DNA of 64,000 nucleotides from a virus: IMG/VR virus record IMGVR_UViG_3300037297_000135, positions 1-64,000 of that record; one strand, 5' to 3'. This document shows, one piece after another, positions 40,235-48,786 of the stretch. The position numbers were made by a program, and so were the translations under genes. Positions within the stretch are counted from its first letter, which is position 1. Each line of letters opens with the position of its first letter. Below the pieces are notes generated by a model. It was given only the letters and a program-made list of their open reading frames with translations, ran no database searches and was not told where the DNA came from.

Positions 40235-42154
40235 TTGTTTATGGATGTTGTATTATGTCAATTTGGGAATATGATAGGCGATAATGTTTATTTGCCATAT
40301 TCTATAGGTTGTATTGTGTCTTATTGCAAGCCCAAAACAAAAGATATAAATTATAAGATGTTGTATATTAAAAAGGATATAAACACCATTTTGGACGAAA
40401 TAGGTACACCTGATGTGCTTGCAATGAGTTCATATATATGGAATCATCAATACAATCTCAGAATTGCAAAACTAATCAATATAAAAAACCCTCAAACAAC
40501 AATCATTTTTGGAGGGCATGAGATAAATGGATTTGATAAAGATATATTTCAAAAATATCCATTTATTGATTTTGTTGTGAATGGTGAAGGTGAATATACA
40601 TTTTATAAAATACTTCAATCATTAAAAGGCGAAAATCATTTTTTTTACAACCATACAATTAATATGGGTGGTTCAGCAATGATATTGAAACAAAAAAATG
40701 ATTTTATAGATATAAATGATATACCAAGTCCATATTTAACAGATATATTTGATGATATAATGAAAGAAAAATATAATTTTACAGCATCACTTGAAACAAA
40801 TAGAGGTTGTCCATATCAGTGTTATTATTGTGATTGGGGCAATCATAAGGTAACAAATAAAAAAATGAGATTGTTTAATGAAGACCGTGTAAATGCTGAA
40901 ATAGAATGGTTTGGGAAAAATAAAATAGATTTTGTTTTTGGTTGTGATAGTAATTATGGTTTTTATGGCAAAAGAGATATGAAGTTTATAGATGAAATAA
41001 TTGAAACAAAAAAGACATATGGATTTCCAAATAAATTTCGTGTTTGTTATACTAAAAATAGTGATGAAACAATTTTCAAAATGAATAAAAAATTAAATGA
41101 GTTCAATCTTTCGAAAGGGGCAACAATATCATTTCAAAGTTTTAATAAACAAACATTAAAAGCTGTTAAAAGAAAAAATATGGGTATACAAGATTTTCAA
41201 AAATATATATTAATGTATAACAAAGAAAATATTCCAGTATATACAGAATTAATATTAGGTCTTCCAGAAGAAACATATGAATCATTTAAAGAAGGATTTA
41301 ATATTTTATTAAATAATATGCAACATAGTAATATTGTTGTATATTATTGTCAGGTATTAGAAAATAGTAAATTAAATGAAAAAGAATATAAAGAAAAATA
41401 TGATATAAAAATATCAAAGATTCCAATGTATGCTACACATACAAAATTTGAAAAAGACCAGATATTTGAATATGAAAACATTGTTGTAAAAACAGAAAAA
41501 ATGTTTAGAACTGATTGGGTTTGGTCTTGTATGTTTAGTTGGAGTGTTCAAACATTTCATTGTTTGGGTTTAACTCAATATATAGCTATACATTTAAAAT
41601 ATGTATATGGAATTGAATACAAAGATTTTTATACTAATTTAATATATTTAGAATTTAATAATAGTATTAATTTAATAAAAAATGAATATTTTAAAGTTAT
41701 GCATATATTTAATCAGGTTGCAGTTGAAAAAGGAAGTTTTAAATATATAGTAGATGATATAAATTGGCCGATTGAAGAAGGAAGTTTTCTTCATTTTATA
41801 GATAATTTTGATTTGTTTTATTTAGAAATTGTGGAATTTTTATTTAAAAAATATCCTGAAATCGCAAAAAATAAAGAAATAACTGAATTGATAAATTTTA
41901 ACAAATATATGTTATGTAAATATAATGACAAAATTTTTCATATGAAGATGAATTATTCATTTGTAGATATATTTGAAAAATATTTTGAAACTGGAAAATA
42001 TGAATTTGAAGAATGTAAAAATAGAACATATTATCCAGCAACAAAAAAATATAAAAATTTTAAAGATTTTGCTATAAATGTAGTTTGGTATGGTCGTAAA
42101 GGTGGAAAAACATTTAAGAATTTAAATGATATTAAAGTAGAGTATATTAAATGA
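40235..42154 (+). CDS. Cobalamin-binding radical SAM enzyme
   Basis: LPYSIG, SSYIWN, IFGG.E, GEGE (B12-binding); ETNRGCPYQCYYCDWG (CxxxCxxC); ELILGLPEET. Confidence 0.92.
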   Translation: MFMDVVLCQFGNMIGDNVYLPYSIGCIVSYCKPKTKDINYKMLYIKKDINTILDEIGTPDVLAMSSYIWNHQYNLRIAKLINIKNPQTTIIFGGHEINGFDKDIFQKYPFIDFVVNGEGEYTFYKILQSLKGENHFFYNHTINMGGSAMILKQKNDFIDINDIPSPYLTDIFDDIMKEKYNFTASLETNRGCPYQCYYCDWGNHKVTNKKMRLFNEDRVNAEIEWFGKNKIDFVFGCDSNYGFYGKRDMKFIDEIIETKKTYGFPNKFRVCYTKNSDETIFKMNKKLNEFNLSKGATISFQSFNKQTLKAVKRKNMGIQDFQKYILMYNKENIPVYTELILGLPEETYESFKEGFNILLNNMQHSNIVVYYCQVLENSKLNEKEYKEKYDIKISKIPMYATHTKFEKDQIFEYENIVVKTEKMFRTDWVWSCMFSWSVQTFHCLGLTQYIAIHLKYVYGIEYKDFYTNLIYLEFNNSINLIKNEYFKVMHIFNQVAVEKGSFKYIVDDINWPIEEGSFLHFIDNFDLFYLEIVEFLFKKYPEIAKNKEITELINFNKYMLCKYNDKIFHMKMNYSFVDIFEKYFETGKYEFEECKNRTYYPATKKYKNFKDFAINVVWYGRKGGKTFKNLNDIKVEYIK

Positions 42155-42462
42155 TTATTGATGAAACTAAATTTTTTGATAAAAATAATATAAAGATAAA
42201 AGAATTTGATATAGTAAAATGTTATCCACATAAAAATGATACAGACCACAATATAGAAATAGGTATAGTTTTAAAAACTAAAGAAAATGGATGTTTTGAA
42301 TATATTTATAGATTAAATACACTTTGGTATGGTAAAAATAGATTGTCAAGTTATTCATATGGGAAATGGAGTTATACTTTATTTGATTTTGATAATAAAA
42401 TAGATTCAAAATATGTTGAAGTAATTGGTAATGCTTTATTAAATGATATAGATGATTTTTAG
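42151..42462 (+). CDS. YopX-like phage protein
   Basis: DKNNIKIKEFDIV and EVIGN motifs. Confidence 0.5.
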   Translation: MIIDETKFFDKNNIKIKEFDIVKCYPHKNDTDHNIEIGIVLKTKENGCFEYIYRLNTLWYGKNRLSSYSYGKWSYTLFDFDNKIDSKYVEVIGNALLNDIDDF

Positions 42463-42474
42463 GAGGATATAAAG

Positions 42475-43695
42475 ATGTTTGAATATGATGTTTGTGTTGT
42501 AGGTTTGGGAAGAGTTGGTTTACCTTTGGCATTAGCTTTTGATAATGCAGGTTTGAAGGTTTTTGGAATTGATTTGAATGAAAAAATATTAAAAAGTATA
42601 GAACATAAAGAAATGCCTTTTAAAGAAAAAGGATGTCAAGAATTGTTAGAGAAATCAAATTTGACTGTATCAAATGAATATGATGAAAATGTATTTAAAT
42701 GTGAAAACATTGTGATTTGTATAGGAACTCCGATTTTGAAAAATCGAGAAATTGATTTTTCATATTTAAAAAATGTTTTAGACAGCTTGATTCCATATAT
42801 ACAAATTGACCAAAATATTATTTTACGAAGTACAGTTAAACCATTATTAAGCGAAAGAATAAAAGAGTATATTGAATCAGAAAAAAATATGAAGTGTGGT
42901 TACGATTTTTATTTCAGTTTTTGTCCTGAAAGATTAGCTGAAGGCAAAGCATTAGAAGAAATTCAAAATTTGCCACAAATTATAGGTTGTGAAGATGATA
43001 AATCTTTTTATAAATCATCAATTTTATTCAGTAAAATTGTAAAAAAGGAAAGTTTGAAAACAACCTTATTAAATGCTGAACTTTCAAAAGTGTTTTTAAA
43101 TATGAGCAGATATGCTTATTTTGGGATAGTTAATTATTTAACTATTTTAGCTGATACATATAATTCAAATATACATGAAATATTGGAAATATCAAACAAC
43201 AATTATCCTAGACCAATTTTATTTGGACCAGGATTAACAGCTGGAACATGTTTAGTTAAGGATTGGAGAATGCCTGATGCTGATACGATGTATAGCAGTT
43301 TCTTTGAAACAATTGATTCAATCAATCAAAATATTATACAATATTTTTTACCAGATATTGAATCTTGTGTGATAAAAGATGAGTCAATTGGTATTTTAGG
43401 TTATACATTCAAAGCGAATTCAGATGATACAAGAGATTCTATTGTTCCGAATATCATAAGATATTTTGAAAACAGATTTTATAAAAAAATTATGATTCAT
43501 GATTCAAATGTAAACATTGAAGATGTACCTGAAGAACATTGTAAATACTTTAAATCATTTGATGAAGTTAAAAAAGCAGATGTTTTGATTATAGCTGTAA
43601 ATCATGATGAATATAAAAATCATATATATTCAAATGAAGTTGTTTTTGACATTTGGAATATAACTAAAAAAAATAAAATAATTCAATATAATTAG
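42475..43695 (+). CDS. Nucleotide-sugar 6-dehydrogenase (UDP-Glc/GDP-Man/UDP-HexNAc family)
   Basis: VGLGRVG, LRSTV, CPERLAEG, catalytic GTCLVKD, GYTFKANSDDTRDS. Confidence 0.93.
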   Translation: MFEYDVCVVGLGRVGLPLALAFDNAGLKVFGIDLNEKILKSIEHKEMPFKEKGCQELLEKSNLTVSNEYDENVFKCENIVICIGTPILKNREIDFSYLKNVLDSLIPYIQIDQNIILRSTVKPLLSERIKEYIESEKNMKCGYDFYFSFCPERLAEGKALEEIQNLPQIIGCEDDKSFYKSSILFSKIVKKESLKTTLLNAELSKVFLNMSRYAYFGIVNYLTILADTYNSNIHEILEISNNNYPRPILFGPGLTAGTCLVKDWRMPDADTMYSSFFETIDSINQNIIQYFLPDIESCVIKDESIGILGYTFKANSDDTRDSIVPNIIRYFENRFYKKIMIHDSNVNIEDVPEEHCKYFKSFDEVKKADVLIIAVNHDEYKNHIYSNEVVFDIWNITKKNKIIQYN

Positions 43696-43712
43696 TAAGG
43701 ATTAATAATAAA

Positions 43713-43985
43713 ATGGTTGTTACGTGTATTGTTAGTATTTTTGAATACGAAGATTTCGAAATAATTTATTGTTTAATTGATGACGAAACTTATGAACTTG
43801 ATATTGATATTGCAATTGGAGATATGATTGATGATGGTTTGTTGTACCCTGATAAAAAATATTGTATAATATTTGATATAGATTATGAAAAAAGTGATTG
43901 GTATGATGATTGGGATATTGTTTTAAATCTAAATCATTTTTTTGAAATTGAATCATTTGAGGAGATTGAAGATGAAGAATTTTGA
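43713..43985 (+). CDS. Small acidic protein
   Basis: D/E-rich ORF. Confidence 0.55.
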   Translation: MVVTCIVSIFEYEDFEIIYCLIDDETYELDIDIAIGDMIDDGLLYPDKKYCIIFDIDYEKSDWYDDWDIVLNLNHFFEIESFEEIEDEEF

Positions 43986-44445
43986 AATTGAACATCAAGG
44001 AAAAAAATATTGGGTTTCAAGAAGTTGTGCGGTAAGTGCTTTTGTTAAAGGATTTGATAAAAATGGTGATGAATATGTACTTGCGATAACAAGAGGAAAA
44101 GCTTCACCAGATAATATAGGTAAAAAATGTGTACCATGTGGTTATTTAGATGGAGATGAAACATTATTAGATTGTGTTGTAAGAGAAGTATTTGAAGAAA
44201 CAGGGCTTAAAATTAATAAAGATAAATTTGAATATATAGAATTTAGTGATGATTTAAGCAACAATTATCAAAATATTTCATTTAGATATAAGACTGTAAT
44301 ATTAAGTATTGAAAAGAATATTCCATATATTACAAATATTGAAGAAAATGAAGTTGATGAAGTTAAATGGATAAAACTTGATGATATTGAAAAATATGAT
44401 TGGGCTTTTAATCATTTAGAATTAATAAAAACATATATTTGTTAA
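43972..44445 (+). CDS. NUDIX hydrolase
   Basis: PCGYLDGDETLLDCVVREVFEETGL Nudix box; WAFNH. Confidence 0.88.
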   Translation: MKNFEIEHQGKKYWVSRSCAVSAFVKGFDKNGDEYVLAITRGKASPDNIGKKCVPCGYLDGDETLLDCVVREVFEETGLKINKDKFEYIEFSDDLSNNYQNISFRYKTVILSIEKNIPYITNIEENEVDEVKWIKLDDIEKYDWAFNHLELIKTYIC

Positions 44446-44451
44446 TCATAT

Positions 44452-44526
44452 AGGGGTATAGCTTAATTGGCTTAAAGCGACAGTCTCCAAAACTGTTAGA
44501 TGTCGGTTCGAATCCGACTACCTTTG
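44452..44526 (+). tRNA. tRNA-Trp(CCA)
   Basis: ACAGT-CTCCAAA-ACTGT; GTCGG-TTCGAAT-CCGAC. Confidence 0.9.
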
Positions 44527-44552
44527 TTCAAATAAAAAAAAGAGGTATTTAA

Positions 44553-44798
44553 ATGAATAATAAATTTGTTTTTGAATGTCCTGAATGCAAGGGGAAAAGC
44601 AAAATTGATTTAACAAGAGAAGAAATTATAAAAACATATATTGGTTCAACAACAGATTGTAGTTATTGTAATGCTTTGTTGCAGATTAGTGAAGATTTAA
44701 CCGTTATAAATTTTGGTAAAAAACTTCAAAAAGCATATGAAAAAATGGGATGCAAATGTACAATTGAAGAAGCAAAAAATAGTTTTATTGAATTTTAA
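44553..44798 (+). CDS. Small zinc-ribbon protein
   Basis: CPEC...CSYC. Confidence 0.6.
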   Translation: MNNKFVFECPECKGKSKIDLTREEIIKTYIGSTTDCSYCNALLQISEDLTVINFGKKLQKAYEKMGCKCTIEEAKNSFIEF

Positions 44799-44802
44799 AT
44801 TT

Positions 44803-44873
44803 GGCGGATTACTCTAGTGGCAGGAGAACCGACTTTCTATCGGTTAACAACAGTTCGATTCTGTTATCCGTCA
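44803..44873 (+). tRNA. tRNA-Glu(TTC)
   Basis: Acceptor GGCGGAT/ATCCGTC; ACCGA-CTTTCTA-TCGGT; AACAG-TTCGATT-CTGTT. Confidence 0.82.
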
Positions 44874-44877
44874 TTTT

Positions 44878-44951
44878 GGGTCTTTAACTCAGATGGTTAG
44901 AGTGTTCGGTTCATACCCGAATTGTCAGAGGTTCAAGTCCTCTAAGACCTA
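44878..44951 (+). tRNA. tRNA-Met/Ile2(CAT)
   Basis: Acceptor GGGTCTT/AAGACCT; TTCGG-TTCATAC-CCGAA. Confidence 0.88.
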
Positions 44952-44963
44952 TTTATACATACA

Positions 44964-45036
44964 GGACATTTAGCTCATTTGGTAGAGCATTCGGCTTTTA
45001 ATCGAAGGGTGCAGGGTTCAAATCCCTGAATGTCCA
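44964..45036 (+). tRNA. tRNA-Lys(TTT)
   Basis: Acceptor GGACATT/AATGTCC; TTCGG-CTTTTAA-TCGAA. Confidence 0.92.
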
Positions 45037-45048
45037 TTTTGATTGTAG

Positions 45049-45252
45049 GTGAATAAAATGAGATATACAAAAAAGTTATTAGATAAAAGAATATGTGATG
45101 TTGAAAAAAATTGTGATATCACTAAAACTTATAGAGAATGGCTTGAAGATTTAAGTGAACAAATAATTGGTATAAAATTGAATTTTGATTCAATGAATGA
45201 TGATGAATTAAATAATGCAGTTGATGAATTGATTTGGCTTTCATACAAATAA
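45049..45252 (+). CDS. Hypothetical protein
   Basis: Small ORF between tRNAs. Confidence 0.5.
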   Translation: MNKMRYTKKLLDKRICDVEKNCDITKTYREWLEDLSEQIIGIKLNFDSMNDDELNNAVDELIWLSYK

Positions 45253-45325
45253 GTTGAAGTAGCTCAGTTGGTAGAGCATCGGACTGAAAATCCGAGTGTC
45301 AATGGTTCAATTCCATTCTTCAACA
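45253..45325 (+). tRNA. tRNA-Phe(GAA)
   Basis: Acceptor GTTGAAG/CTTCAAC; TCGGA-CTGAAAA-TCCGA. Confidence 0.93.
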
Positions 45326-45329
45326 TTTT

Positions 45330-45445
45330 TGCCCCTGTCTGGCGACGTGAAGAATAATTGGTATATTAATGGTTTCAGTATACGTACGGTGCTGTAAGTT
45401 AATATATGGCAAATTCGAGTAACAGTTCGATTCTGTTCGGGGTAA
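45330..45445 (+). ncRNA. tRNA-like RNA with T arm and acceptor-like helix but a long central hairpin
   Basis: GCCCC/GGGGT ends; T arm AACAG-TTCGATT-CTGTT; TATATTAA/TTAATATA stem. Confidence 0.45.
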
Positions 45446-45464
45446 TAAATTAATTTAATAAAGG

Positions 45465-45704
45465 ATGATTGAAATTAATATTGAAAATGAAATAAAATTA
45501 TTAATTGAAAAATGCAAAAGAAGAAGAAAAGAACTTGGATTAAGTCAAAGACAAGTTGGAGAAAAAATCGGAAAACATAAAAATGTTATTGAATCAATTG
45601 AAAATTTTAGACATACTCCCAATATAGGTTTGTTTATTTTATATGCTAATGCTTTAGATTTAGAAATAATAATTTCTAAAAAACAATATACAATATTAAA
45701 TTAA
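45465..45704 (+). CDS. XRE-family HTH regulator
   Basis: RRKELGLSQRQVGEKIG...IESIEN...P.I...ANAL. Confidence 0.85.
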   Translation: MIEINIENEIKLLIEKCKRRRKELGLSQRQVGEKIGKHKNVIESIENFRHTPNIGLFILYANALDLEIIISKKQYTILN

Positions 45705-45715
45705 AAAACAAATAT

Positions 45716-45786
45716 GCGTATGTAATTTAACGGTAGAATATTAGATTACCAATCTAATTGTGAGAGTTCGATTCTCTTCATACGCT
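45716..45786 (+). tRNA. tRNA-Gly with unusual ACC anticodon
   Basis: Acceptor GCGTATG/CATACGC with U73; TTAGA-TTACCAA-TCTAA; GAGAG-TTCGATT-CTCTT. Confidence 0.8.
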
Positions 45787-46003
45787 TTTTTTTATTGTTT
45801 TGTATACGCTTGTTTCTAGCGTTTTTATTTATGTAAAACGATACTTTGTTCGATTAAAAAAAACTGTGAAGCTACAAACGAGTCTATACAAAAAACACCT
45901 TTCAAACTATCTAATTCACTGGGTTTAAACAATATAGACAAACCCTGATAAACACAGGGATTGATTAAATGTATATAATTTTATATGAATAGGGGATAAA
46001 AAA

Positions 46004-46981
46004 ATGAAAATTTTAATTACGGGAGCTTATGGATTTATAGGTTTTCATTTAGCGAATTTTTTATATTCAAAAGGACATCAAATTTGTTTAATTGACAATT
46101 TTTTCAAAAATCAAGATACTGAAGAAGCACATATAATGTATGAAGAATTTGTTTATGACAAAAACATTTGTAGTTTTGATTTAGATTTGACTGATTTTTC
46201 AAATGTTGATTGGGCTTTAACTGAAAAAGAATTTGATATTGTATTTCATTTAGCTGCAATTAATGGAACAGAAAATTTTTATAGAAGGCCAACAAAGATA
46301 ATTGAAAACAATTTTTTAGCTACAATGAATGTTTTAAAAAATATAAAGTGTAAAAAATTTGTGTTTACATCTAGTTGTGAAGCTTATGCAAGCACAGTAA
46401 ATCAAAATATATGTGATATACCAACAAATGAAAAAGTTTTGTTAAGTGTTGAAGATATAATGAATCCTAGATGGAGTTATGGAGGAACAAAGATTTTAGA
46501 AGAATTGTATGTAAAAAACTATTGTACTGAAAACAATATAGATTTTTTAATTTTAAGGTATCATAATATATATGGTATCAGAGATTCACTAAAACATGTT
46601 ATACCAGCATTGTTTAAAAGATGTTTTAGCGAAGAAGATTTTGTGAATATTTATGGAAATTGCACAAGGTCTTTTTTATATATTAAAGATTGTATTGAAT
46701 ATACAATGAGATTGGCAGAATCAAAACATTGCAAAAATGATATATATAATGTTGGAATGCAAGAAGAAGTTTCAATTAAAGAAGTTGTACAAAATATATT
46801 GAGTATATTTAATGTTAATAAGTTGATAAAAATATATGATAAACCAGAAGGTTCGGTTTTAAGAAGATGTCCTGATATGCAAAAAACTATAAATGCAACT
46901 GGATTTAAACCAAAATATAATTTGTATACTGGTTTAAATGAAATGGCTTGGTATTATGAGAAAAAAGGTATTGTGATATAA
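46004..46981 (+). CDS. NAD-dependent epimerase/dehydratase (extended SDR, UDP-uronate decarboxylase-like)
   Basis: ITGAYGFIG, HLAAING, TSSCEAY, PRWSYGGTK, RYHNIYG, TRSFLYI, RRCPD. Confidence 0.92.
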   Translation: MKILITGAYGFIGFHLANFLYSKGHQICLIDNFFKNQDTEEAHIMYEEFVYDKNICSFDLDLTDFSNVDWALTEKEFDIVFHLAAINGTENFYRRPTKIIENNFLATMNVLKNIKCKKFVFTSSCEAYASTVNQNICDIPTNEKVLLSVEDIMNPRWSYGGTKILEELYVKNYCTENNIDFLILRYHNIYGIRDSLKHVIPALFKRCFSEEDFVNIYGNCTRSFLYIKDCIEYTMRLAESKHCKNDIYNVGMQEEVSIKEVVQNILSIFNVNKLIKIYDKPEGSVLRRCPDMQKTINATGFKPKYNLYTGLNEMAWYYEKKGIVI

Positions 46982-47008
46982 TATACATATATTTTAAAGA
47001 TTGGAGAG

Positions 47009-47488
47009 ATGTTAATGTATGTATTGTTAACACCAAAAGGAAAGTGGAAAATAAATGAACAAGGTGAAAAAATAAAATGGATTCATTTAAAAGGATATAT
47101 AGAAAATCCTCAAGAATATATGTTAAAAGCATATTTCAAAGAAAACTATAAAGATATAATTCAAAATTTAAGAGTAATAAATATAGCTCATAAAGTAAAA
47201 TGTGAAGTAATGTATAAAAATAGTGGATATGATATATATGTACTAAAAACAAATAATAAATATTTTGTTTATTCAGATAGGTATAATGAATTAAAAATAT
47301 ATTGTAATGTATATATGATGAAAGAAATATCAAAAAAAATATTAAAAGAAATAAAAGAAAAAAAAATAAGGCTTGATAATCGAGATTTCAAATTATTGAA
47401 AAAAATACAAGAAGTTAAAAATATTAAAGAATTAAAACAAATAGAAATTAAAAAATTTTTAACATTAAAAGAAACCTATATTATATAG
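47009..47488 (+). CDS. Hypothetical protein
   Basis: ORF with RBS GGAG. Confidence 0.5.
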   Translation: MLMYVLLTPKGKWKINEQGEKIKWIHLKGYIENPQEYMLKAYFKENYKDIIQNLRVINIAHKVKCEVMYKNSGYDIYVLKTNNKYFVYSDRYNELKIYCNVYMMKEISKKILKEIKEKKIRLDNRDFKLLKKIQEVKNIKELKQIEIKKFLTLKETYII

Positions 47489-47576
47489 GTTTCTTTTATA
47501 TATGAGCAAAACAGAAGAATGTTTTAATATTATTATATTATTTATTTTATTTATTGTAAATAGGGGAGTGAAAAAA

Positions 47577-48338
47577 TTGAATATACCAGAATGGGATAAT
47601 AGAATTTCACCATTGCATTTTAAAAGTGAAATGTTTATTGATTATATTTCACAAATCAAATTATGCATTAAAGAAAAAGCACCGTATTCATGGATTCGTA
47701 TAGGTGATGGAGAAGAGAATGTTTTAGGTCAAGATTATATTTATCCATCAAATAACGTAAGAGCACATGTAAGTTGGTGGAATAATTCAAATTATTGTGG
47801 AACAACATTACCTAATTTAGAATTGCGTGATAGAATGATTGAAGCATATAAAGGTTCAGAAGCAGTAGGATTATTTATTGAACAAAATAGTGTTACAATA
47901 AAAATTTTCAATAAAATAGGGATTCAGCCAAGGCAAATTTTTTATGGATATGATAATGTACATTTGCCTATGAATCCAATATTTGTTAGAATGTTATGTG
48001 AGAATAAAATTTTAGTAGTTGGAGGTGGAAATAGAAATGGACGGAATGGAGAATATTTTGTAAAAAAAATAAAAGAAAAATTGGATATTGATATTGATTT
48101 TGTAAATGGTATAAAATCATATATTGATATTGAAAATTGTATGAATCAAATAAGGAAAAAAGAATTTGATATTGCTTTAGTGTGTGCTGGTGTAAATGCT
48201 AAGGTAATATGTTGGGAGTTGTCCAGAGAAATGAATAAAGTATTTATGGATTTTGGACATGCTTTTGACAATGCTTTTTATGAAGATGAAAAAGGAAATT
48301 ATAAAGATTATTTTTTACTTGACAAAACAATGATATAA
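47577..48338 (+). CDS. GT-D-fold glycosyltransferase-like protein
   Basis: SWIRIGDGE, ILVVG, IALVCAGVNAKVIC, MDFGH. Confidence 0.75.
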   Translation: MNIPEWDNRISPLHFKSEMFIDYISQIKLCIKEKAPYSWIRIGDGEENVLGQDYIYPSNNVRAHVSWWNNSNYCGTTLPNLELRDRMIEAYKGSEAVGLFIEQNSVTIKIFNKIGIQPRQIFYGYDNVHLPMNPIFVRMLCENKILVVGGGNRNGRNGEYFVKKIKEKLDIDIDFVNGIKSYIDIENCMNQIRKKEFDIALVCAGVNAKVICWELSREMNKVFMDFGHAFDNAFYEDEKGNYKDYFLLDKTMI

Positions 48339-48439
48339 TATTAAAATAAATATGTAAAGTCGATATAGGATGTTTTTTCTTAAGTTATTTTCAAATAGGT
48401 AAAAAAAAAGATTTGTGAATCACAAGTCTTTTTTTTTAT

Positions 48440-48468
48440 TTGACATATAAATTAATTAATGATATTAT
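48440..48468 (+). promoter_or_regulatory. Sigma-A type promoter (extended -10) upstream of the tRNA-mimic RNA trio
   Basis: TTGACA, 17-bp spacer, TGnTATTAT; preceded by a terminator hairpin at ~48402-48438. Confidence 0.7.
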
Positions 48469-48487
48469 AATTAAAAGAAACAAACTT

Positions 48488-48588
48488 AATGTGATTTTAG
48501 AACTAATAGCTCAATTGTTAGAGCATTAGAATTTTAATCTAAAGGTTAAGGGTTAAAATCCCTTTTTGTTCAACGATAGAATTGCATT
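48488..48588 (+). ncRNA. Y-RNA-like element 1: degenerate tRNA-Lys-like core inside a closing helix
   Basis: AATGTGATT/AATTGCATT outer helix; core 48500-48572 with TAGCTCAATTGTTAGAGC, TTAGA-ATTTTAA-TCTAA and T loop TTAAAAT. Confidence 0.6.
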
Positions 48589-48636
48589 TTCATTGTTTCT
48601 TTTTCTTAAATAAAAATTTTTAAAAGATAAAAACTT

Positions 48637-48748
48637 TATGTGATTTCAGAATATTAAAATAGCTCAATTGGTAGAGCACAATAATGTGGATATTGATGTT
48701 GTGGGTTCAATTCCTACTTTTAAACAAAAATTCAATTGCAATCGCATA
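48637..48748 (+). ncRNA. Y-RNA-like element 2: tRNA-His-like core inside a closing helix
   Basis: TATGTGATT/AATCGCATA helix with AATTGCA motif; core with TAGCTCAATTGGTAGAGC, CAATA-ATGTGGA-TATTG and GTGGG-TTCAATT-CCTAC. Confidence 0.62.
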
Positions 48749-48786
48749 TGCATTTTATCTTTTATTTAAATATATAATTAGAAACT

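Noticed and set aside
45330-45445. tRNA-Sec or tmRNA
   Set aside because: The TCA triplet is not in a paired anticodon arm. There is no G3-U70 alanine acceptor or tag ORF, and it is too short for tmRNA.
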